A stretch of DNA of 63,197 bases, counting the filler, from Nemertoderma westbladi (Eukaryota > Animalia > Xenacoelomorpha): the NCBI GenBank assembly GCA_032718475.1. It is 3 parts of 3 records of this genome, joined end to end, with 100 filler letters (N's around TTAATTAATTAA, not from the genome) between each part and the next. Parts side by side here need not be neighbours in the genome. Positions count along the whole stretch, not along the records: positions 31,771 to 56,809 come from JAUCBJ010001448.1; 2 more parts are not named here. One strand, given 5' to 3'. Each line of letters opens with the position of its first letter. The first letter of the stretch is position 1. Of the stretch, positions 37,076-49,000 are shown piece by piece. The notes beneath the pieces are model-generated. The model saw only the letters and a program-made list of their open reading frames with translations. It was not told the origin of the DNA and ran no database searches. Position numbers and translations under genes: made by a program.

Positions 37076-40000
37076 GACCAGAATTAAGTCTGTTAATCCT
37101 AAGAATAGAAGACCGAAAGAAATGCAAAAATACATGAAACTAAATTAGTCTAAATCACCAGCTTTCCTTTCTGCATGACCTGCAATAACGACAAACCCGA
37201 GGCACCTCTCTTGGTTAAACAGTTTGCCAGTTGCATCTGCCCCGAAATCCAACAGATGTCCTTTACTTCACCTTTCTCCAGCGATTCTTTTATTGCAGCA
37301 AGATCAATACGTAACTTTCTGTCGTCAACCAGCTTGGTAGAGTGGATTGATTCTATCACGCTCTTATTATCAACATAGGCAGTAATTGGAAGTGGAACTT
37401 CATTTCCACTTAAAAGTTCCAGAACGATGCTACGAATATAAATCGCCTCTTCCAAACCTGCTTCCAAACTCAAGGCTTCTGCTGCGATAGTTGATCTGAC
37501 AACACGTCGGATCTTGTTAGTGGTCCATGAGACTGGACAAGATCGCTGTCCCATTCCGACCAAGAATACGATGAAAGACATGGTACTACTGATTTTATCA
37601 TTAAGATTCGCTAGCGCTGCGTCAGTAAACACAACAATTCTCCAAAAGTAAAAGGATCCAAGATTCAGAAACAAAATATAACAGGAAGAGTCCTTAATCT
37701 TTCGAATAATTGATTTTACACGAATGAGGTTCTCCAAGCGTGCATTCTTGAATTTTGTACTCAATTCCAGCAAATCGAATGACCAATCAGGGCGACATCC
37801 CTGAACTACCCAGTTCAGTTTTCCAACCAAAGATCGGTAAATAGACATATCCTTTGCACATAAAGTTTCACTCTTATCAACACCAAAGACTTGATCCGGA
37901 GCTCGAGTATCAAGTCCTTGAACATATCTGTCCTGAATTAGATGGATCGCTCCATTGTCAGACTCCTGGCGAATCTCAAAGCCAATATATTTGAAATTTC
38001 TCTGCTCTTCCTTGCCCGCAATAAATCTCGCTTTCAGTTCATTTATAACAGCCAATTCAAAATGTTTGGTGCCAGCATGTAAAAAGTCGTCCATATGAGA
38101 AACTAGCAAGCCACATAGCTTCTCCTTATGATACTAATAAAACAGGGTAGGGTCCAACTGTGATTTCTTACATCCAAGGGATATTAGTGCTTGAACCACG
38201 CTAATATAAAACTGCCTTGGAGCATCGTTAAGCCCAGAAAGACATTTCTGAAGATGCCACACCGTACCCGACGCTGCCTTGGCTTCTTTAGGAGGTGTTA
38301 AATAAACTGGACGCAACATATCTTCACTCTGTAAGAAAGCAGATTTAACATCAGTTGTTTTAACAATCCATGCATTTGTAGCTATAAGACCAAGTACAAT
38401 ACGCAAGGTGCTCTTATTCACTGTAGGCGAATCAGTAGGAAAATCAACTTCCTCTTCAAAACCACGAGCTACAAGCCTCGCACGTATTTCTTCTCCTTTA
38501 TACCATAAAACCCAACGGGTCGATATGCAATTCTGTCCAGAATAAACGACTTCCTTATAGGCATTAAAATCGATGAGTTTTTTAAGTTCAATCTCCTTTG
38601 CATTCATACACTCCGGTCTGTTATGTTCCCCCCGTGGAATGAGAACCAAATTTACTTCTTCCACAGATTCAGGCTTCCATTGTAACTGCTCTAAATCAAC
38701 GCTCCGTGAATTGCCTGTCACATCTTCAATATTATACCAGTTGGAATATTTTCCTGATACTTTTCCGGCTCTCCCGAGTACGGTTGCTGAAAACCACTGA
38801 TCATTATTTGGGTCATGTATAGTAATTTTGTCCTTAGGTTTTGGATATGAAGATCTGGTTACTGCCGAAAAGTTGGGAAGTTGTGTAGTCAGAGACTCGG
38901 CTCTCGTAGTCGTATCGGAAATTATGGCTTCTGGGGAATATTGGGCACAATCATTCAGTGAGTTAGGTTCATCATCTTCGCTCACTTCACCAGGGTCAAT
39001 CTCATCCGTGTTTCCTTTCTGAATTATTTTACATTGATTTTCACTATGCGGCTGCGCAGCAAACTCCTTACCCACTTTTACAATTCTGTTAAGAGACACT
39101 CGAACATACACACTTCCATGGCGTACAAATATGATTTTGCCATCTTGGCCAATAACAATACCGTGACCGTGCCATCTAGGACTATCGTTTCGTTTGTAAA
39201 ACACCTTTTCTCCGGATTGAAAACTTTCATTGGATACCCGTATTTTATGACGCAACGCCCGCCGTACTCGCTCTGAAGCTTCCGATTTCAAAAATGCCAA
39301 TCTTGATGCATGTAGTGATGTCAAATGCATAGCAAACTGTTCACTAATTGTTTGACCTTCTAGAGCAGGAGGCTTATCTATCAGAGTAGATGGCAATGTG
39401 GGGTTCTGACCAAATACCAATTGATAAGGTGAAAAACCTGAAACATTTTGAAGAGCATTTTTAGCATTTACTGCCCAAATCAATGCAACTTCTAGACTAA
39501 CGGAAGGATTATCTTCTATTAACTTCTGAACAGATACATCGATGACTCTGTGGTTCCTTTCACATAATCCGTTCTGCCAGGGACTCTGTGCCGCAGTATT
39601 CAGAACTTCAATGTTAAGATTCTCACTCATATCGCGGTACTTCTCGTTAGCAAATTCACCGCCGTTGTCTGCTAGAAATTTCTCCGGAACGCCCAAACCA
39701 GAACCGATCCATAATTTCATTACTTTATCAATTATTGTATCAGGTTTCTTATTCGTAATAATGGTGGAGAGAGAAAACCGGGTAAACATGTCGATTAAGT
39801 GTAAGAAATATATTTCAGGTTTGTATTCCTTTAAGTCCATGGCCACAGCTTCATTAAACCTTTTAGCAATTGGTAACCCAACAACAGGACGGGCAGGGGT
39901 CTTTTTGAATCTTAGACATATCTCACAGTTTCTTTCGAGATCATCAATAACTTTTTCACAATCTTTATCCCAAAATCCTGCATCTTGTAATAATGCGCGT

Positions 40001-43000
40001 AGTTTCTTGCCCGAAGGATGTGCAAACTGCTTATGTAACTTTAATATAACTTCTTTCTTTTCTTTTATTGGTCATTCATCGAGCGATACTAAACACATCC
40101 CGATTTCAACATCAGTTTTCTTAAGAGGAATAATATAATGACCCGATGTAGTGCAATCTAGAGTTACATCTCGACCAAATACTTTAGCCCGATCATTCTC
40201 CAGATCCAGATTAATACACGCTTTCTTCATTGCCGATTTGCTGAGTAACAGTGGGATATCACTATCGACAACATCTGTGCGTATCCGTATTTTTGTGCCT
40301 GCCATTTCACACGGAAATATGACTTCGTAAAGCGATAGTTTTTTTTCTCCACCTCCAAATCGAAAAGAACGCCCTCCAGGATTTATCAGCACAATGGATT
40401 TTTCCTGCGCTGTTAAAGATTCCAAATAACAATCCATCCATAACTTTCCTGTAACTGTTGAACTGCAACCACTATCTAGCACAGCAGCATTTAAAGATTC
40501 GCCTGCCAACCGTCCCAACTCGTCTAAACTTCCTCCTGTGAAAAGAACAAGGTTCACTTCGCCACCGTAATCATCCTGTTCCAACTCTATAGATGCCTCG
40601 TAAACCCGATCCATATTCTCGTAGCTGTCAATACAATCCTTCACCAAATGACGAATTGACTCACACGAACTGCAGCGAAGAACATTCCCATCAGATCCTA
40701 TAGGATTCAATCGTTTTACCTGTGCATCCCTCCTTGGAATGAAATCTCTCTTATCGCGTCTTGGGAAACCAGCTCCACGATTTACTCCTGTAAATCCTCC
40801 ACGATTATAACCATAACTATAGCTGGAACGCCCTCGACCAGCACCTGGAAATCGACTTGTGTTCGCACCCCTATAACCGGAATCTCCAAACGATCGTCCC
40901 TGTCCACGATATCCTCCAGCGTTAGCATAATTCCCTCGAAAAGGTGAATATCTTGCGTTTGCATAAAACGCCTCCTCGTCTTCAAACTCTTCTGTCATAT
41001 TAACCGACTCCATTTTTATCGGAAGATCTCGATGCTCTTCACTGGATGTTGACGCAATAGTCGACATGGATTGACTACCAAAAAACTTACGTAACGCCGC
41101 TTTTGTTTGCTGAAACAGCGACCCCTTCTCCGAGTAATTGACAGCTGTAAGAACCAATTGCCGATCTTTATACGACAAGTTTGCCGCATCTAGCATTTTA
41201 AATGACAGGAGAGGTTGTGGCAGCTCCATACCACACTGTTTACTTTTATTATATCGCTTCTCGAACTCTATTATAAACACATCCAACGTCTGTCCGCTGT
41301 CTTTCGAATATCGATATCTATCAAATTGCGTATATTTTTCATAAACCGCCGATAATTCGTCCTTCTTAAAAATATCATCAAGAAAAGTTATTAAACGAGT
41401 TACCCCATCAACCGATTTAAGATCCGCTAAACCTATCTCGCTAAACACTTTGTCCCGTACTCCGGATGGATCATCCTCCAGCAATGCCAACGCAATCGCA
41501 ATTCCGCGTTTCTCTTTTACCAACTCCGTCACTTCGCACCATGCGTTGACTTCCTGTATAAATCGTTCGTAAGGCTTGCTCACACTGTTGAACAGTGGCG
41601 GATTTTTATAACTCGAAGACGCCATATCGCTAATACGCAAACTAAATAATAATACGCTAACAATACGCTAACACGCTCTGCTACCACTGTTGATCCTAGT
41701 TTATATATTGAAAATATAGCTGTATGCTTGTACCGGTAACCAGTACCTGTATGTATTTAATAACACTAAACGCTATATGGTAAATATAATAATACAAGAC
41801 ACCCGGTCGCAACATGCAGACATGCCAGGTCGTATTACAGTAGTTATCACAATATATATTACATAACAAAAATCCCATTTGAGGAGTCAGTATGTGTCCT
41901 ACAAAGTGACACACGAACGCTCTTTTACTTTCACTTTCAGGCTACAGAGGCGAGCTTTTCTAACCAAAACAATAAACAGTTACAATACAAAATGAGAAAT
42001 AAGAGCAGGTAACCAGAGGCGGGCTTTTCTATTCTAACTACAGTATTTAATATAAATATTTAACATTGAGAAAGGCGGCATCAGGATTTAACTTAAAGAG
42101 CACACATGTAATAAATAATTATTTGTAGGGTTTTTCGCAATTAGGGGAGTCATCCCCCCTAAGGGGAGTGTTCTCAGCCTAGGCTGAGATAACTTGGGAG
42201 TGTTCTCAGGCTAGGCTGAGATAACTGGGGAGTGTTCTCAGCAAGGCTGAGATAACTGAGGGGTGTTCTCAGCCTAGGCTGAGGTAACTGGGGAGTATTC
42301 TCAGCCTAGGCTGAGGTAACTGGGGAGTATTCTCAGCCTAGGTTGAGGTAACTGGGGAGTGTTCTCAGCCTAGGTTGAGGTAACTGGGGAGTGTTCTCAG
42401 CCTAGGTTGAGATAACTGGGGAGTGTTCTCAGCCTAGGCTGAGATAACTGGGGAGGGTTCTCAGCCTAGGCTGAAATAACTAATAACTGGGGAGTGTTCT
42501 CAGCCTAGGCTGAAATAACTGGGGAGGGTTCTCAGCCTAGGTTGAGAGGCCTGGGAGGTCATTTAAAGAGGGAGTTATCTCAGCCTTGTACACAGGGTAT
42601 AAACATTTTATTTTAAATATTTTTATTTTATTTAATTGAATTTTACAATATCAAAATTTTCCAAATCACACAAATTTTAACTCCAGTAGAAATAAATTCA
42701 TGAATTATTTGAATAGATTTCATGAAATTAATTTAACATAATATGAATATTGTCAAGTAGCAATTAACAACTGGCAACTGAACTAATTGTTATTTGTTGC
42801 TAACTGTTATTTTTTTACTTATATTATTTAAGTCATTTATTGTTTTGTTTAGAAATGCTAACCACAGATATGCCAAAGCCCCTTGGATTTGGAGATCAAT
42901 GGCAAATGGCAAACAATTAAGTACACTATCAAGGATATGGAAATCGCCTAGAATCATACCCGATAAGTAAATTTATTCCTGACAAAAGCAGCTTGTGTTG

Positions 43001-46000
43001 CTATGAGGCAACCCCTGCAAGTCTGTTACTGCCTGCAGAAGACACTATCCATCGATTATAACTTCAGGGATAATGACTGTAGAAAGGGTCTAATGCCACG
43101 GTTAACGAAAACAGTTTCTATTTATATGGCCATTTCATCCTCACGGACGTCTTCAGTAAATAAATTAAAATAACATTAAAACACAATTTATAAACCTAAA
43201 CCATAATATTAAATTTAACGTACGGTACAACCAATTATTATGCCACCAAATTCCGATATATACAGTATGATAGGATGTATGTATTAGATTAACATATTTA
43301 AATAGAGGGGTAGAACTTTAATATTGATCTGAGGCGGGACGCCATAAATGGGTACGCCACGAACGGCATCATTTCGACTTCTTTCCCATTTAAATATAGA
43401 TCCAAGGGCAATCAACGATGTCAGAAACTGTTTAAAACTTAAACTAAACCAAGTACGTACGCTACAACAAATTGATTACTTTAAATCTTGCCGCCAATCT
43501 AACTTCCCGCCTCAATTTATGGCGTCCCGCCTCAGATCAATATTAAAGTTCTACCCCTCTATTTAAATATGTTAATCTAATACATACATCCTATCATACT
43601 GTATATATCGGAATTTGGTGGCATAATAATTGGTTGTACCGTACGTTAAATTTAATATTATGGTTTAGGTTTATAAATTGTGTTTTAATGTTATTTTAAT
43701 TTATTTACTGAAGACGTCCGTGAGGATGAAATGGCCATATAAATAGAAACTGTTTTCGTTAACCGTGGCATTAGACCCTTTCTACAGTCATTATCCCTGA
43801 AGTTATAATTATGGATACGCCACGAACGGCATCATTTCGACTTCTTTCCCATTTAAATATACTATCCATCGATGGCACATACACAAGTTTGTTACTGCCT
43901 GCAGAAGACACTATCCATCGATGGCACATACACAAGAATGCTACGCAGAATCCATGGTATAAGATATAATGCCCAATTAACAAACTTAATATTTTGTATG
44001 CAAACTTGACAATAACTATTATTACCAAAATCCAACACCACACTGTAGTCATGACGAATAAGTCATGCAGGCCACAGCTATTATAGAACATATTTCCTTG
44101 TGCATGATCTACAGCTATTGAAGTTGGAAGGAGATAGGATTAGAGGAAAGCCTTCACCTTACTGAAACGTATGTTAAGGAGGTGGAGGTTAGTATGGAGG
44201 CGACCGGTAATACATATCTTTGTGGTGAAGGTGTATGTATCAATGTATATACATTCCTTCTTTCCTGGTAATTTCCTAAAATACAACATGTATGGTTAGT
44301 ATGGAAGTTCCCAAATTCACTGGCACGGATTTAAGAACATACAAAAAGAGAGGGAGTTTTAAACTGCTTGTTGGTATTTAGTTTCTTGTTATCAAGGCCT
44401 ACTAGAAGACTATCAGCTGACCAGTGACCGGTACTCATCTACCGGTAGTACAGTAGTAGGCCTTGCTCAGTTGCAGGCCTACCGTACTAGAAATTGAGAT
44501 ATGGGACCCTCCTGACAGAATCAATTTTATTTATTTATCCTGTAACCTGACTGCCTCATTGACTGCATTGTTAGGGTTAGTTGGTCAAGCCTCGTCCGTA
44601 ACTGTATCCATGTGTGTCTTTGTAAGTAGCGTAGCGTTAGTGTACCGGAACCGTCAGGCCGTGTTACTTTAGTGAATTTCATTGCATTTTGCTACCAGGC
44701 AGCCAGGCTACCGGTATGTTTTTGATTTTAAATTTTGGTTAGGGTTAGTTGGGTAATGTGTACCAAGTTTAATAGTATTTGTAAGTTACCAAACGTATAC
44801 AGTACAGTACAGCAGTACAACCAATGGAACAAATCTACGTATCAACGAACTGGTGAAGTGAATTGTGATGCGATCTGTTGTTCTCAAATGGTCAAATACC
44901 TTTTGTTTCTATTTATTTAATATTTATACGGTGGTTGTATCTCTCCATCCTATACATCAGTCAGTACCACTTACCGCAGTAGGCCTACGTTATTAAACGT
45001 ACTGACGTACTGACGTAGCAGCATAGCAATAACTTATAACAGAATAATACTGCTGCACTGAGATATGATGCAGCCTTTTGCTATTATAATCAGAGACAGC
45101 TGGGTTTGTGTGGCTAGTAAATGCGGTTTAAGAGTTTACGACACCACAATAACCACCCAATCTTTGCTATATCGTTACGACTGGAAGGTGAGTGGCTCAG
45201 GGGACGCCAAGGTTCCACCCACTAAACCAACGGGGGGTGAATGTTCCGACTCGGATACCGAAATCCCAAATAACGGACATACAGACTCAGTAACCAATCC
45301 GACACCAGTCGACCACCAATTCGGTATCGATGACTTCGCCGTATCCAATAGCAACGAAATGGTCGCAATAGCAACGTCCAATAAATGCGTCCACGTGTGG
45401 CTGACGTCGTCGTGGCGGTTGTTATGTGAGCACAGAGAGTCTAAACGATGTACAGCGTTGGCCTTCACTGCGCGGCCACCAGAACGGCTACTGGTTGGCG
45501 ACCGGCAGGGCAACGTCTACCTTCGCGCCGGGTTGCTAAGCAACCAGGGCCGAGTGTTAGAGGACCCTCCGTTGCTAGGCCACTTCTCGATAGTAACCGC
45601 GATGGTTGTGTCTCCCAACGACGAGGTGGTAGTGACGGCAGATAGAGACGAGAAGGTACGAGTGAGTCGCTTCCCCAACTCGTACAACGTGCGGAATTAC
45701 TGCCTCGGTCACAAACAGTTCGTGTCTCATCTCGCCGTGCTATCTAATGTGCACGCTTCCGGTTCCGATCTACTCACTTCCGGTCAAGCCAAACTCACTT
45801 CCGGTCAAGCCAAACTCACTTCCGGTCCCGCCAAACTTACCTCCGGTCCTGACACACTTACTTCCGGTACCGACCTACTCACTTCCGGTGCTGACCTACT
45901 CACTTCCGGTGCCGACCTACTCACTTCCGGTGCCGATCTACTCACTTCCGGTCACGACCTACTCACTTCCGGTGCCGACCTACTCACTTCCGGTCACGAC

Positions 46001-49000
46001 CTACTCACTTCCGCTTCCGGTGACGGCACCGTTATCCTATGGGCCTACAACGACGACGGCCTACGACTCGCGACATGGCGCGGCACGGTGGATCGCCCTT
46101 TTACCCGACTCGAACCGGTCTGTGGCAGCGCCGTCACGGTCGTACAGGACCGACGGATGTCCGTACTACGGGCCCGACACACCGGGTCGCTAGGATACCA
46201 GTTTGAGGAGGTCTACACACGGGACGATGTGTTGGATATCGCGGTCTACGGTGAACTAATAGGCCTCATCGTCTGCGAGACAAGGGGTGACTCCGCGGTG
46301 AGTTGGGGTGGTTCAAATGAGTCAACAGAGAGTCGGATGAGTCAATGTGATTCAAACGACCCGAAAATGAGTCAAAGTGGTTCGAATAATTCGGATGTGA
46401 CTCATAGTGGTATTAATAGCCCGGAAGTTAGTCTCCATGTTGTTCGGTTCGTAAACGGTACTATTTCCGATTCCGAGATCCGGTGGCCGTCGGATTTCCT
46501 CGATGACGTCATAGAAACAGCTACCGAAGCTGTTCGGGAGGGACTGGTTGACAGGGAACTCACTGACTATTACGATATGTATAAAGACGTTAATCAGATC
46601 AACTTACAGCAATATTATTGGAGAAAAAGTAAACAAATGCGGAGGGCGGATGAATCAGATTGTACACTAGTTGGTTCCTAAAAGACTATAAATAATGCTA
46701 TCAGAATAGCATTTGAACTGGGGTGGGGGCACAAAGTGTATTCAATGATAAATTTGTATGCCAAGCATTCTGTAAGATCCATTAATACTTCTCGCGCTGC
46801 GAAGGCCTGGCTCAATCTTAATTTCGTAGATCTTCAACGTGGTGTTCGACCATAATGTTCTTGATAAGATTCAGTTTCAATTGAATCAGCTCGAACATAA
46901 ATAAGTATGTAAACTGATTAAAGAACAGTGATAATTCTTAATAATATTTATTTTATTGTTCATCTCACCTCTCAAACACAGCTCGTTGATTTATTGTCGG
47001 CATAAGGGAATGCAGCGGTATAATTAAATGGTTAGCCGTAAAGTAATTGTCATTTAGGAGGAGGCCATTCAGCTGAAATGATTAATTACAATTAAAAAAT
47101 GGATCGAAATTTTTAAGTTAAGTTTAAATTCATTCCTGTTCACCCCCATTGATGATCTGCCACAGTTTTTTTAAACCCCGCCACTCTGTTTCCTAAAGGA
47201 ATAGTAACAATGTGTTGGCAAGCTGTATTTTTCGAGGTGTTTGTTATTATACATTTATTATAGGAAGGGATCTAATACAGCTTGCCAACACATTGTTACT
47301 ATCAATAATCAAAAACTCAGGGGCTAATAAAATGGCAGCTGGCTTTGAAATTAATACTCCATATCTCAAGAACCTGTGGCCTAGTGGTTGTAGTCTCGGC
47401 TTCCACTTCGAGGTCTCAGGTTCGAATCCGACACCACGCTGATGAGACCCAGTAAGGTCGAAACGCGTACGTGGTTTGGAGAGATATGAGATATTAATTT
47501 CAAGAAAAATTACGCGATTCTTAAATTTGTACACTACCCGGTTAAAAAGTACGCATGTGATGGGATTAGTCCTACAATTGCGCCAATAAAAGATGTTATT
47601 TTCGGTAAAATAAACTTATCATTCGAGGTAAAGACCCCTAGATCCCTTCCTATAATAAATCCTAAAGGAATGACTGTTCACCACCATGAGTGATCTTCCA
47701 CAGTAAACCCCTCCACTCTGTTTTCCTAAAGGAATGCCTGTTCACAATCATGGGTGATCTTCCACAGTAAACCATTCCACTCTGTTTCCTAAAGGAATGC
47801 CTGTTCACCCCCATGGGTTATCTTCCACAGTAAACCCTTCCACTCTGTTTCCTAAAATAATGCATGTTCACCCCAATTGGTGATCTTCCACAGTAAACCA
47901 TTCCACTCTGTTTCCTAAAGGAATGCCTGTTCACCACCATGGGTGATCTTCCACAGTAAACCCCTCCACTCTGTTTCCTAAAGGAATGCCTGTTCACCAT
48001 CATGGGTGATCTTCCACAGTAAACCCTTCCACTCTGTTTCCAGAAGGAATGCCTGTTCAGTGTTCACCATCATGGGTGATCTTCCACAGTAAACTCTTCC
48101 ACTCTGTTTCCTAAAGGAATGCCTGTTCACCACCATGGGTAATCTTCCACAGTAAACCCCTCCACTCTGTTTCCAAAAGGAATGACTGTTCAGTACCATG
48201 GGTGATCTTCCACAATAAACCCCTCCACTCTGTTTCCTAATGGAATGCCTGTTCACCATCATGGGTGATCTTCCACAGTAAACCCCTCCACTCTGTTTCC
48301 AAAAGGAATTCCTGTTCACCACCATGGGTAATTTTCCACAATAAACCCTCGACCACTGTTTCCCAACTTACCTTAATTCCCATTTATCGACCAGTCAAGG
48401 GGGAAAGCCTGGGTAGGGGCTACGCTGTTATCTTGTATTTATTAGATTAACACCAATCATTACCTTCACTATAAACAAACCTTACTATTGTATTGAATAG
48501 AATTGATTTCACTAACCTTCGAAATATCAGCCCAGCCTGGAACAAACACCAATACGGCCCCGGCAGGTCTATTTAGGCAGATCCACTTTATAGTTCGAAA
48601 CGCTAAATCGACATCGAGTACCGTATGGTCCATAGTCGATAAAACATCGACAATTCGCCAATCCACGGATCCTTTAATCGATTCGATATAACCGGGCAAC
48701 TCGCACCTAACTCTATCGAGTCTGTACCGTTCTCTACGGGTACTGCGATTGCGACTCAGCCAAGCAATCCGTCGCCAATTCCGCTGCTTCGTCTGCGGAG
48801 TCCACGGAACTTCGTTTAAGATAGTCTCGAGATATTGACCGACTACGGGGAAGGCCCTTCCTCCGCAGTCCAGTACCGGACAGTTGGAGAAGTAATCGCT
48901 GAACTTACTGGCCTCCAGGGTCGCGCTCATCAGCACCACCCGCAGGTCGGCCCGTTTCCTTAGTAACCCCTTGACTATGACCAATAGGAAGTCTTCGAGG

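Larger units (their letters stand above)
43057..43860 (+). mobile_element. Miniature Penelope-like element / retrozyme with inverted 5' arm
   Basis: 295-bp inverted repeat (43055-43349 / 43515-43809); ~50-bp terminal direct repeat (43348.. / 43811..); 13-bp TSD ACTATCCATCGAT; hammerhead in both arms. Confidence 0.8.

Noticed and set aside
39542-40138. Plus-strand ORFs overlapping Copia, SLC13, DHX36 and LINE coding regions
   Set aside because: Antisense shadows of real coding frames.
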